This document shows positions 1-13,180 of a stretch of 57,654 nucleotides of DNA, piece by piece. The notes beneath the pieces were generated by a model. It did no database searches. It was not told the DNA's origin and was given only the letters and a program-made list of their open reading frames with translations. The position numbers and the translations under genes are program-made. Source of the stretch: Catajapyx aquilonaris (Eukaryota); assembly GCA_000934665.2 (NCBI GenBank), contig JYFJ02002394.1, positions 1-57,654 of the forward strand, in the 5' to 3' direction. Numbering within the stretch: the first letter of the stretch is position 1; the number at the start of each line of letters is the position of its first letter.

Positions 1-2852
1 TTGGATTTTGAAAGTAAATTGAATTAGAACTGAACACTTAAATTCTGTCATATCCCCCCCTGGCGGTTTATGGGTGCAAGAAGTAGTGTGAGTGTATAAG
101 AGGGGCGGGGATGGGATGATACGAGGCGCGTGGGTCTGGGCTCACACTGTAACCCATCCCGGCGTGAAGATTCTTGCTTCGCTTGAGAAATTGCGGCTTT
201 CCTGCCCAAAGCCATTTTCCAAGAAAACGGCCAAGGGGGGAGGGAGAAGGAGGGGAGAGGGGCATTTCCTCCCCCCTTGCCTCACACCCACCTCCATCCC
301 CCTGTTTCTTATAATGGAAATCCGCCTCGTTAGTGCCTCACTCAATTTTTTCGGGGGGAAAAAGGTGGGCCAAAAACTCAGGCTGTTGGATACAAAAAGC
401 TCGGGTTTTGTGGCCAAATAAAATCGTGCGTGCCATATATTCACTCCCCGGGTTAAAACTATACGAGACTAAAAATTTGCTCTGTGGAGATCAGGCCGAT
501 ATTGATAAAATGTGCAAAACCAGAATACAGTAATTAACCAGCCGAATTATAAAAATTTAACGATTTGTCATTACCGCCATAATGATACTGTGACAAAGTG
601 CCACTGGGATATACATTCTCCCATTGTCGATATAATAATGTCCGAGTACATTGCCAGGGTTTAGGTGTGCTGGGTGGCCACTTTCACTTTTACACATTTT
701 ATGATTTTATTGCAAAGATGTGATTTGCATTAATTGGCAATTTAAGAGTATTGTGCAGGGAAGCCTGTACTCGACTAATATGGGAATGGGAAGTTATAGT
801 GGATTACGTATAATCTGGCACATTTTGATTAATTGCCATTGACTAGCCTGACGTGAAAGAAAGAAGTGGGTTCCTTTACGGCTCCCTTCCCGGCGGCCAA
901 AGAGAAGCAGGGACACGGCCGATGAAGTGGAGAAAATCAACGGCCCAAGAGCGTGGCTCTGCTTGGCTGGCCAGATTACATCCACTAATTAACCAATCTT
1001 CTTAATTATTATCAATGTAGACAAGGTTATGCATTGTGCACGTATTGCCACACACATGCATTTGATATTGAAAATGACCACCATCGTTGGCATTGATCGG
1101 AGTTGCACCTTTCCTGGATTAACGTACATGCCTATTCAGTGTGTATACACTGTACCAGACTTCAACTCAATCTGTAATAATTAAAAATGCTGCTTAGTTC
1201 GTCAGTTATATAGGCTACGCTGGTTAATTTGAATGCTAGGGAGGGGAGTTGGATTTGCAAATAGGCCTATAACATAATTTGACAAAAGAGACAACATTGC
1301 TGTGGCAAAAAATTACTGCAAATAACAGAAGAGAAATATTGTTAGCCTAGAAAACTTAGTCATAGCCATTCAGTATAAGGTCCTATGAAGAACCGTAGTG
1401 TCATGACTCATGACACTTCGGTTTCTTATTTGCAGATATGAAACGGCCCATTCAAATAGCTTTCGTTTTAATTGCATATCCAGTGTATCTGACTCTGGAT
1501 ATTCTAGAGGAGCTTTTGGTGACATTGCTATACAGACTGCGTATCCATAAGGCAAGCATTTATGTGATGCGTGGTAATCAAACTGCAGTTAATATGCTAC
1601 AATATACGGCGAAGTGAGTCGATTTCGGGGAAATCACTGATACATGAAAAATTATTATGACTGTATGCGTGTATACAGCTTCGTTTGTTTACAGGCGTAT
1701 TAACCTGCAACAGGGGTCTGTATAGCCATCTTGTTATTTCACACAAAATAATTTATTAACGTTGGTGGTCCCATGTTTATGAAAACGTTCAACTGAGCAT
1801 GTTTTCAGGCCACAAACGTACAGTATACACTAGAGCCTATAAGCTTAAATAAAGTGTGGGGTGTTTATATATTATGTTGCTTTAAAAATACAGCATGATT
1901 ACTTGCCTGTAAATAAAGCTGCGGAATTCAGGCAGCGGTTAGGTTATATCCATGTAGGTTGTTGCTCAATTATAACAATTAATTAAATGCATCCAGGCCT
2001 ATTGGAGTTTGGTGAAATGTAGCATGCATACTGTGCATGTATAGAAGAATAATAAGTATTACAAGATGTTCTGCAAAAACTAGCGCAGCAGTAGCATTCA
2101 AGTCATATGCCATTGTTCCGAAGGGGATACTTTTGTCGCATAACTATTGCCGGTAATACTAACTAAATAAGGCTTTCAAAAGGTTATTACAATAATGTAA
2201 GAGTTTTGATTCAGTTCTGTAAGTTTGCTTATTTGTTAGACTATCGAGATTAAAACTCGTGAATGTAAATATGCAAGTAATATTTTGACTTTTGCCTGAC
2301 ATTGAACGTGCTCATTTTTAACCTTTTTACTAGTAAACTCCTGGCAATTAATGTCTCCATTTAGAGTGGTGTCCTTCAGTGAATATACTATAGTACCCTA
2401 CAATTTGCATAATCGCAACGGCACTTGCTCATGAACAGACAATTGTAGCACTCAATTACATACATTTTAATATGCTATTATCGCAATCAGCATTGTGTAC
2501 TGCAGTATCATTTCAAGTGAACCCTTACGGGTAGCATATTTTTCTCTGTTCTCTTGTATTACAAGAAAGTGCTCAGGGCGCTGTAAACTCGCAAATCTCT
2601 TATCTCATAATTCAGTCCAATTCCGCCAGGTGGTCAGCTTGAATAGATCCTCCCATCTACCACCTCTTGCCCATTATTATTCCAACTCCACGGCAATTTA
2701 TTGTGTCCTTAAGCGCCAAGAGATGATGACTATTCACCTGAAAAATGGGTAAATATTTCTGTTTTCCACGACTTCTCAATGCCGTTTTCTCCATCGTCAC
2801 AATCCTCATGATAACACACAGATTACACTTTCTTTGTGTTATGAAATGCAAA

Positions 2853-2919
2853 CTAATGTGTTGTTTTTTTTGTCTTTTAGGTAAGTCCCTGGCTCTTGAA
2901 TCACGCCTGCGAGGTATGT
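2853..2919 (+). other. recursive splice site (AG|GTAAGT) with 33-nt cryptic/micro-exon 2881-2913
   Basis: CTAAT branch point (2853), long T-rich tract, TAG ending at 2880 directly abutting GTAAGT, and a second donor GAG|GTATGT at 2914. Confidence 0.55.
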
Positions 2920-5900
2920 ACATGAAAATGCTGGTGCACTTGTTCGAATAATCCATAGGCTCATTTCTCCAGCGGAACAACTTCCAATAAACTCCGATTC
3001 GGGCAGGAGTGATAAACGCGTCTAATTAAGGCCCAAAGGCACCTTTTGAAGCGCATCTTACAGACCACCAGAGTTTGCTTCTGGGCAAAGGAAAATTATT
3101 TCTGTGTTCCTATATGGGTTGGCATCATTGTTTGGCAGGGTAGAAAAGTCACATCAAAGCCTAACTGGACTGGAATGAGAAATTTGTTTGAAAGTTTCGA
3201 AAAGGTCAGACTGCAATTTGTGCCCTTTTCCTCCGCCCATTTGAAATGGGAATAATAAAAACTCATCCCGCTTTTGGAGTGGTAGAAAAATTCACCTGCA
3301 CTCGGGCCCCCAGAAAGGTTGTAAAGGAAAGCCATCCTTCACCCTTTTACAACCCCGAATGGCCACCTCAGGTCCCCTCACTGCTCAGCAATAAGGCCAC
3401 TGCAATTACACAAATAATAAAATGAGAAGGTCGAGTCCTGCCTAAGAAATTTGCCTCCAATTTGTTGTCGGTGACTTTATGACAGTCTTTTCTTAAAAAT
3501 TTCTGACATCTAATTTCAAATAGCAGTGTGCATAAGTAGTTAAGAGATAGGTGTACATTTTCATCATTATTATTACTATTATCTAGCCCAGCAATTTTGA
3601 GGGTAAATATAAACATTTTGCGCGCAGTAACCACTCTGTTAGCTGCTTTTTATTTTTTTGATCCGGAATAACAGGTGATATCATAACGATATTCAGGTGG
3701 ATGTATCCAACGGGTGGGTGGGTGGCGAGGTAATTGTGGAATGCAAGAAATGCAGTAGAGCAGGTGTTTGGGTGCGGAGAGATTGGGGGAGGCTTCTTTG
3801 TTTATTCCTCATCTTCAATGCTGGTCCATTTGGGCGGAGGTGCACTTCTCATGACGTATGGAGATAGATACTACTGGCGGGGTGATTTACCTTTACTTCT
3901 GACCAGAACTTTCCGCCGCTCTAATGAGGTCATCTAATGGCCAGCTTTAACCCATTTGTTAGGTATGGAAGTCCCTTAAAATGCGCGTACGTGAAATAAT
4001 TGTGATACTATATAATGGGCAGGTAGGACTCCAGGAATCCCCTTCATTAATGCTTAATTATATTGCTCGCAAGTGGATATTTTTTTTTTTGTGCGTTTTT
4101 CTCGCAACGGACTGGATGGGGTGTTATCAGGAACTCATCCATCTCAAGGCATAGGAATTTCTACCTGGTTGGAAATGAGTGGCAGGAACCTGTTGAAAAG
4201 GGAATTAAATCCGTCCGAAGAGTCTTGACAGGGATTTACGGGCTTTACTTGGACTAGAACGATCGGCTTCTATTTGCACCCTGTCTGCCCAGGTATTTCC
4301 TCATTTTGGTGAAAGAAAATGTCAAGGACTATGTTGAAATTCGTTCAAGTTCGAGCATGACTTGTGCGTCACGCATTTGGAATGCCAGGCATGTGCAAAA
4401 AATGTCAAAAAATTTTACCGACTAATTCGTAAATAGAGTAAATAAGTAAAATCCTGATTGCTCTTGCTGCATTGCACATAAAAATCATTGGGCGTGACTA
4501 TCGATGGAACCTTCCAGGTCTGGGAAATTGGGGCATGAAGCGTTAAATAAAACGATTACTGGAGATTTGCTTTACCCTCAGGCGTCTCCATGATTTAGTA
4601 TACTGATGTGCCAGAATTCACATGATCGAATATTTCTCATACTATATACTGCATCCATTTTCAAGTCAGCCAGTAACTGCTTTTTTATATATTTTTTCCC
4701 CTAAAAAAAGCGAGAGGCAAACATTGGGCACACCACCATTTGTGCCAGGGGCCAAACATCAGGTACACACGAATCTCCATGATGCACACGCAAACAAAAA
4801 GAAATAGGCTCGGTGTGTAGCCCCGTGGGGCCTGATGCCCAGCATGCTCCCTGCCTGCCCTTTGCTGACCCCGACCATACCGGGCTTCCCATCCAAGCCA
4901 CCAGAGCCACACCCGCCCAAATGCTGCTAACACACTTGCATCACATTAACTCAATTTATGGCCTCACACGCCAAATATTATTTTGAAGAAGAAAAAAATA
5001 ATACGGGTGACCCTGATCTTAAGTCATAAAAAATTGTTAACAATGGGTGCCCGCTATTACAGGTGAAAGCTGTCCTTGTGGATACCCCTAGTTGTGGTGG
5101 TCACTGCTTCAATGGAAAGTTATGGTGGGGGACCGAGAGGGGTGTTCGATCGGTATCAGAACCACAACAGCCTGAAAGCATACACACGTATGACTCTCTG
5201 GTACGGCAGGATCCCCCACTCCCGACGGCCTTTGGCGCTACGGGTTGCCGATTAACTTCCACCAACTTGCCGGCAATAAATCTGGGGAAGACTATAATTT
5301 CGCCCTTGACAATGCACGACTTTGTTATTTGTACGTTGCAGCCCGGCATTTTTAATAGGTTGGCTGCATGACGACCCCTTATGCCAGGATGCCCCATTGT
5401 TGAGAAGGGGGAATAAACCGGGCAAAGTAAACGTGGCGGGGCTTGCTGTAATTTAATATCCGCCTTGCACAATGCTACTTCGGTTTTTCTTAAGATAGGA
5501 AAATGCGGTTGTGATACGGGTTGGCCCGGGGGCGAACGTGAAACTAAAACAATACGACTTTCCAATCGCCCATCATTGCGTAATATGCACCAAATATTGT
5601 ATGTCTATGTGCAGTGAAAGTTGTAGGAAATGGAAATTCCCCAATGGTGTTTGCCCTAAGCCTTCCAAATGGGCTCCATTGAGATGTCCGGCTGATAATG
5701 ACCGTCTCCGTCTCCAAAGTCTCAAGTCTGGACACGATGTCCCACAGACGCCATATACCGAAATAGAAAGACTATCCGGAGCCAAAGGGCAGTTATGCTA
5801 GTCTGCAAATTAGGTAGTGTCTGGAATAGTTACAGTACATCTATTTGCATATTTGCTTTAAAAATGAGTGCCACGGGTGTAAGCCAGTGAAATTTCTAAT

Positions 5901-8808
5901 GTTTCATAATGTGATTTGGGAGTTAATGAGTCCCCGAGATGGGTCTAATGCGGTGTTGTTTGCCCAGGGACCCCTTGGGGACAAAAGGTACCATTCTCTT
6001 CGCCAAGTCACCTCACGCCAGCAGTAAAGATGTAAGACAAGGCAGACTTAATCCGCTTACAAAATTTCCACCCAAGAAACGCCACTGCCCCCCCTACAAC
6101 GCCCTTTGGGCTCCTTTGACTATAAGCTCGCCCCCGGATCATAATTAGAAAGGGAAGTTGCCATGAGAATTGCCTCCTGAAATTGTGCCTTATTGCCTCT
6201 TGTCACCTCGGGTTATATTGTTGAGGGGAAAAAATGGAGGGGGGGAGGGGGTTATAAGAAGTAGAAAAAAAATTATCGTATGGAGAAAACTCGTTTGATG
6301 TGCGATTTCATGCCGCTTTTACTTCTTTTCGACAAGGCCACTTGTGTTTTCTACCAGGTGTATACGTCGCTCCAGCCAATTCCACTCTAAATGCAAATGG
6401 CTTGCAAATGGGTACAGTCGATCTAGAAATTTCATCTCGTCCTCTAGGGTGGGAGAATCGCCACTCTTGAAACAGGGGGAATGCAGTAAAAAAAACTAGG
6501 CATGTCATGTGGCTCATGGTCAAAATTGTGCTCAAATTGGTGAATTTATTGGGGCCAAATTGTAGATGAATGTTCTGTATCCGGCCAAAACTTTATTGGT
6601 TGCGATTGTTGTCCCAGTCGGCGCACCTCGTTAAGTACAGTTACACAATGCAAGTGTGACGATAGTTGTTTCCGACAGCGATACTGTAGGAAACACGGCA
6701 TAACAATGCATGGTTTTTGGGAGCGGTTATTGGCAGCATCCAACCATTATTGTCGCACATTGTTGAAAGTGGACCACGCTACCATTCCCAGGATCCAACT
6801 GAATCTCCTGTTCCTCCATGACAGACACAATTTGGATCGTAAAGCCACAATTAGATATGATAATGCGGTTGGCCGACAAGAAGTCTTTGATGCCAAGTAA
6901 TTTGACCCTCCCAAGGATAAGGAAAGTTGACTTTTATTCCCATCGCCCTCCGGGGGGTACATCGAAGTCACAATCACATTGGAAGGATGATATTACCCAT
7001 TTCCGCACCACTTGCTTTTATTTTGTCAACAATGTTATGAAACTCCTAACCCGATCCATTCGCATTGGAGAACACGAGCGTTGTGAGTCAACGCAGGCAT
7101 GAGTGGATCTGGTTGCTCACTGCGCATGACCCTCACCGGTACTCGAGGGGGTTAAAGTATGCGCAAGAAAAAACGGAAATGCGTTGGTAGAGCTCCCTAT
7201 TGGATCGGGGAATGAAACGCGGAGGGTTTGTCACCCAATGGGATCGGACCAGGAGGAGCTGAGGAAGGGAGGGCCAGGGAAGGACTGCGCCCAAGATGGA
7301 AGCAGGCCACGCCTCTAGGGGGGGGGCACCTCTGCACATGTCGCCGACTAGCGGGGAAGACGTCAACTCACTGGTTGCACGCACTTCTAGAAACTGCCGA
7401 GGGAGGCGTACTGACTTGCTAAGTTAGGCAGGCGGGAAACTTAAATTGGTGGTGGTGGGTCATGACCTGACATGCGGTTAATGATTGACTGGGGCCTAGA
7501 GCAGTATGGTGCGACAGCTAGAGGCGGGGTTTTTTATACCCGGAATGCGGATCGTTGAATTATTGGTTGTGCAATCTGTACATTATGCCAGCGATCCGTA
7601 TTTACAGACAAGTTATTTAAATGTGCACGAACGGGTTACGGACAAGCGTTTTTGGTGGATGGCTTTATTTATGGTGCCGGTGGCAGTGATTTTTAACTAG
7701 GTTTTGGTGCAATTTACAGTACAGTATAGTATAACATAATGCGCAGGTGGACGGGTTAATATTGCTCGAATTTTTGTGGACAGGGTGTGACTGCGTGACA
7801 TCAGTCAAAGTAATGAGCGTGACGTGTACACTCTATATGGATTGCTCCTAACGACGTGTTTTTCTCATATGGCTGTGGGAACCTCGATACCGAAATCAAG
7901 GTTGCACTTTTTGTTTGTCTCAGTCGTGCACATAGCATCTGTAGAACACATCACACTATAATTATACAGTAGTTCAATTGCATTCCAGCTGCAGACTTAA
8001 TGCATTTTATACCCACATCTATTATGCGGCATCTCAGTGGGTGTAATAAAAAGTCGTATAAATATCTAGAAAGAGTGGAAATGTGGGATATATTTCTTGT
8101 TAAAAAATTATACATAGTGTGATAGGCGACTATTCATTTCTGTAGTACATCATTACCACAAAGTTGATTAGTGATGATCAATCGGTACGCTAAAGTTTCG
8201 GAGCATTGTGTCCAATAATCCATCACTTTCAGAGTTTAGAGCTGGTACAGCAGGCCGAAAAGGCCGATGTATCATAGAGCCATAAAACGTGTTTGAATGG
8301 AATTAAAGCTTGTTTCGCGAATCACCAATCCCTCTCTAAACCGCGAAAAAAAGTGCACAAAGCCCTGGACATGTGCAATGCTAGAATGCAAAAATTACAC
8401 TCCGAGTTAAAAGTTAATCTAATACGTGTGCCTGAAGCGAAGCTGCGTATGCACTGTATGTACGGATACCGCTAGGAAACAGGGTCCAGTGTCAATATGC
8501 TCGTGTTGTATTACAATGTTTGCGCATAATCAATAATGGCTGATTGTTTAGCAATAATGTCATCATAGTTCATATTTAATGGCCTCCTGAGACCCTCCAC
8601 GGCGGAATATGAAATCGGTTCGGTTGCAGTTACCACTCTTCAATAGAAAAAGAACGTCCTCAAACAGCTCCCAGCCGCCTGAATCAAAGATGACCTCCCT
8701 TCCAAACCCATAAGTAATACAGTGGCTCGCTCTGACCATTCTCTCGTACACTCTTGCTAGTAAAACACTACGTACATATCGATATTCCTGGGTGACGTCC
8801 TGGGCCCC

Positions 8809-8848
8809 GCGATTGGCTGCGATTGGCTGTGATTTGCCGCGATTGGCC
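8809..8848. repeat. 4 x 10-bp tandem repeat GCGATTGGCT (inverted CCAAT boxes)
   Basis: GCGATTGGCT GCGATTGGCT GTGATTTGCC GCGATTGGCC. Confidence 0.8.
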
Positions 8849-8907
8849 CTGGCTTCTTTTAACTCCTCCCATTTCTCTTAGACATCCGGAAAGACGATCG
8901 TCCTTTA

Positions 8908-8971
<64 letters not shown>
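8908..8971. repeat. (TAT)n microsatellite, about 21 units
   Basis: Directly visible perfect trinucleotide run. Confidence 0.97.
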
Positions 8972-11900
8972 GCGAGTTTGTGACTAGTAGAAATTATTGT
9001 GAAGCATCAAAATGGCCACATAAATTAGAAATAGTGCACGAGATGGGTGCGTGCAACCTGTTCTTTCCCACAGGGTGTGCCAGTGGGTGGGCGGACTAGG
9101 TGCCAAGTGGCACTTGTTTGGGTGTGATCCTTCGCCCTGTGGCTCCCTTGGCCTAAGAAAAAGGGGTTGCAGCTGCGCAAAAGCCAGGGTTACCGCAGTC
9201 CAAACACATTCATTCACAATGCCCTCCAGATGGCGCAGGATCAATACAGTTGGGAGAGCAATAAGGATATGCTCTGATGGGGAATAGTAGTGGTTGAGAC
9301 AGCAGCAGGTGAGCTCAGGTGAGATTGGGAAGGAGGGGTGCTGAAGAAAGTCAAGGCCAGGAGAGGGAAAGGAAGGAAGGGAATGGCATCCTCGACTTTT
9401 CAAGATGCCTCCAATCAGGCCCTGAAGGAACAAAGGCAGTTGGATATGCCCATCTTATGCCCAACACCGACACGGAATGGGGCGGCTTGCTCTTTGCCTG
9501 CCTAACATCATTCGAGCACGAGAAAGAAGCGTTTTATCCCCTCTAGCAACCTGCATCTTTATTTTTTAACATTAAAAAAAAATGAGATATGGATAACAGT
9601 GTTTCAAGGCGTGGTAGAAAGATCCTGAGCGTTAACGGATATAATTTTTTTTTGTCTTTTGTCCCCCCATGCGGCATTCCAGAGATACCTTCATACACAA
9701 ACGCGGTGCACGGTAGTTAAAAAAGCACATTGATTAATGGTGCGCTGGGCGGAAAAGACAATGCTTTGGCTTGGCTCTCCCCAGCAAGCATCTCCTTTTT
9801 TGTGAATAGACAAAAAAAAACTGTTGGTAAGTTATGCCATCAGGCTGCTCTAGTGACTATTGGCACTGGCTGGGTGTAACCTTTCCCTCCGAGTCGCCTT
9901 CCCAGGAGCAAGGTTGTCCATCCTATATGCCGGGGCACCAGAGGTCAAGATTGACTGGGTTGATAAGTTGGTTCGTTGTTGAGGTGTTGAGGGAGGAGCA
10001 GGTTGTTTGACTTGTAGATATTGCCACAACCAAGCCCTATCCATTAGGAACGGGATGTTTCAGAAGTGTCTTGATTTTTTTTTGTACGAGTGTGTTGCTT
10101 TGACGAAGTCTTTTTCTCGAGGCTATTGTCTAAATTAATTTGCATTGTTATGAATAAATGAATTCGGGGGTGAATAATGAGCAGAAATCGATATGTTATG
10201 ACAGCCGCTGCTAATGAAATAATTAACAGAGATTGTCAGACCACAAAAAGTGAATCCACATGTCGAAATCTACGCAACAGGTTTTGCTGGGTTAAACATC
10301 AGCTATTTTCCCATGCATATATCTGCAATACTTTCATTTCCTTTCTCTGATAAGCCTCGTATAAAAAATAATAATAAAAAGTGCAATTAATTATTTTATG
10401 GCTGAGTGAGCACAGTCTATTTCCAACCTTTCTTCTCGTATTTCACGGCCTTCTAGGAAACATGTTTGCAGGTGGAAAAAAAAGACGTCACATAATAATC
10501 ACACCCATGCACGAAACTCTTTTCTTCGACAAAGCCTCAGGAAGGACATGCCCACTGACCCCCTCTTCATGCACTGTAAATGGACTGGTCAGTCGCCCCA
10601 TTTGACAACATCGCTTTTCCTTCACCTGCCTGAAGCACAACCTGGGGGGAAGATGATGGTCCTGCGTTGTCAAGTCTCATATATGCACTGTGCAGACAAG
10701 GAGCCACTTCTTCGAATCCACTCCCATATTTAGCAAGGAAGACCGTTAGCATTTTAGCACGAAGAAATTGACACGAATATTAGCTACGCACAATTTTAAA
10801 GTGCTGTATGAAATATGGTGGCCATGACAGATCCGGGGTCTTACTGCCCACGACAGGAGCGCCGCCTTTGTGAGATTAGCATACTAGCAAATGGTAGACG
10901 CACAAAAAATCGCTCAACTATTTTTTTTTGAAATGCTTCTCCCGCTACAAGAGGTCATCTCGAGTAGCTGTCCGACGGCCACCGCCTACCTACTTTGCCC
11001 CTTTTCCTCCTCGGACAAGAGCCGCCGCCAATTACCCCACGGAGTGTCCCAACCTGCCCCTGGCTACGGGTTAAAAGCCATACCCACATTCACGCAGCCA
11101 ACTAACTCGTTTTTTACCTGCGGGCTTCTCCTCTTCTTATACATGCATACCTGCACTTTTATGAATGAATATCGAAACTCCTTGAATGTGGAGGCGGTCG
11201 GTGGCTTCTTCCAGCCAGAGGCGCTTGCAGAAGCAGGGTCTGTTGGTCAGCATCCAGGTGACGCAACGTTTTCTTAGAACATGTTGCGGTCAAGTTGGGG
11301 GAGGGAGAAGCGTAGGCCATACCTGTTTGTTGTGACTCACTGTTTACACGCTGCTTGTTTTTTTAAAGCAAAAAAAATGAATGCGAATTGCGAAATGATA
11401 GAGTATGAACTTGCAGTGAAAATTTCCCCACTTTGATTGTAAACATGTTACAAAATTAATCGTGACGCGTATGCGCTTTGCAGAACAATAAATCTTTATT
11501 TTGTTTATTCAATGTTGGCATAATGAGGGAGTACTTAAATACTGAAAATTAAATGCAATTATCGATAGAAATTGCCGCGGAGAGGAGGGAGCTTGTGAAC
11601 AATCATATACCTACATGATGTATGAATAATTTTTCATTATTTACATAGACTGAGATCAGAGTGTAGTAATACACAAGCTAATTAATACGCAGTACAAGGT
11701 TCATTGTGTTTTAATTTAATTATATGCAGAGAGCTGGTCGACAACCAGGAAAGAGCATAAGTTATAGGTCTGGTTTGCGCGGATAATTGAATGAAATAGT
11801 TAAATAAAAAATTAATAGAAGTGCAATCGTCCTTTAGGGAAACAATTAAGTGGAGAAACATTCATGGCAGAAAGTTCTGCTAAGGATTTGCGGATATCTA

Positions 11901-12967
11901 CCGTTTCGAGACATTTGATATTCAGGCATTAACATAATGTGGTAAAACTATAGTACTTTTTTGCGTTTTCTGTGTGCATGTGGCATATACTTGCTATATA
12001 CTCTACTATATGAAGTTACGTTGTTAAACAACGGGACGCTGAATAGTTTGCGAAAAAAAGTGCTCATTTTGTATACGATGCATTTGTCCAACTTTTAATT
12101 TATTTCCTGATACGAGTATGCTTTTAATAGTGCCTCGGGCCCATAACATCATATACACGAACCTTGACTTAAGACAACAAGAGAACGCGCCATTTGAAAG
12201 GCACAACAGAACCGTAGAGCATGAAGAAAAAAAAAATCCGTACGTTATAAAGCATTGCATTTACATCACAACTGACCAGGAAAAAGTACGACACAACCCC
12301 ATCCGAACATGTAAAAATTGCCAACTGCGCATGAATAACAAGTAGTTGGTGCATCTTGCCCAGTTGTCATTGCATCTTCTCACCTGGGCATGCGAAAAAG
12401 GGTTCTTCTGGCTGATATCCCAAGGGCCCATTAACATTCCAGCTAGGACTGGTCCATGGGCAACGTAAACACTGACGTGTATATGGTAGAGGGTGGTTGG
12501 GTGGCAAAAGAGCTCAACAGGTGAGTGTCTCGCCTGGCAACATCGCCTTAGCCTTGGGCAGGGGCGGATGGGGGAAACCGTGGAGGAGGATTGTGGTGGT
12601 GGTAAGAAGACGGTGGGGGTCGGCATTCCAAGGTGCCGCCGCCACCGCAGCGCCTCGGAGTGGTCACGGCGCTAATCAGGGAGTGGGCCTCCTTACGAAG
12701 GATCCGCAGCCCCAGAAAGAAGTGACGGCGGTGGGAAATATACTCGCGGCAAAAGTGTCCTGCGGCCATCTTAGAATTCACCTGTCCTTAGCCAGGCGCG
12801 CGCGCAAGCTGAAGAAGACTGGCCAGAGGCTGTGTTTCGGGTAGACTCGTGCGTGTAGTGTGCCGAGGGTGCCCTAGGCGACGGCGGCGGATCCGCGCTG
12901 TTTACTGGCCTCGGGGCTGGGGGAAAAAAAAGCAGCATGACCAACGCCCCCGACGTCTAAAGACCCA

Positions 12968-13180
12968 ATGGCCCAGATGAGTCCCCTAGGGGCGGACAGT
13001 CCCAATTCCTCGGGGCAGAAGAGGAAATCTCCAGCAGATGATACCGACGGTGATGCTCTTTCGCCTAGGAAGCAACCGACGCCTACTAATAATGGAAGCA
13101 GCGATGTCTCGGCTGTGTATCTGATTGACGGGTCTGACGATGCCACGGCGGTCGTGTCTGTTAGTGACGTGGACGAGGAG
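12968..13180 (+). CDS. TfAP-2: AP-2 candidate alternative first coding exon 1A (71 aa, MAQMSPLG...SDVDEE)
   Basis: ATG at 12968 follows an in-frame TGA at 12938. There are 71 open codons ending GAG|GTAATG (phase-0 donor at 13181), in phase with the exon at 19132. The peptide looks protein-like (KRKSP...SPRK, acidic tail). Its connection to AP-2 is inferred from phase and position only. Confidence 0.6.

Noticed and set aside
7150..7500. GC-rich tract with CCAAT and CRE-like motifs as an additional promoter or first exon
   Set aside because: I found no in-phase ATG-to-donor exon, and the motifs alone are insufficient.
12483..12526. ATG...CAACAG|GTGAGT as another first coding exon
   Set aside because: The ATG frame ends in phase 2, which is incompatible with the phase-0 exon at 19132, and the phase-0 frame has no ATG. 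It could still be a UTR donor.
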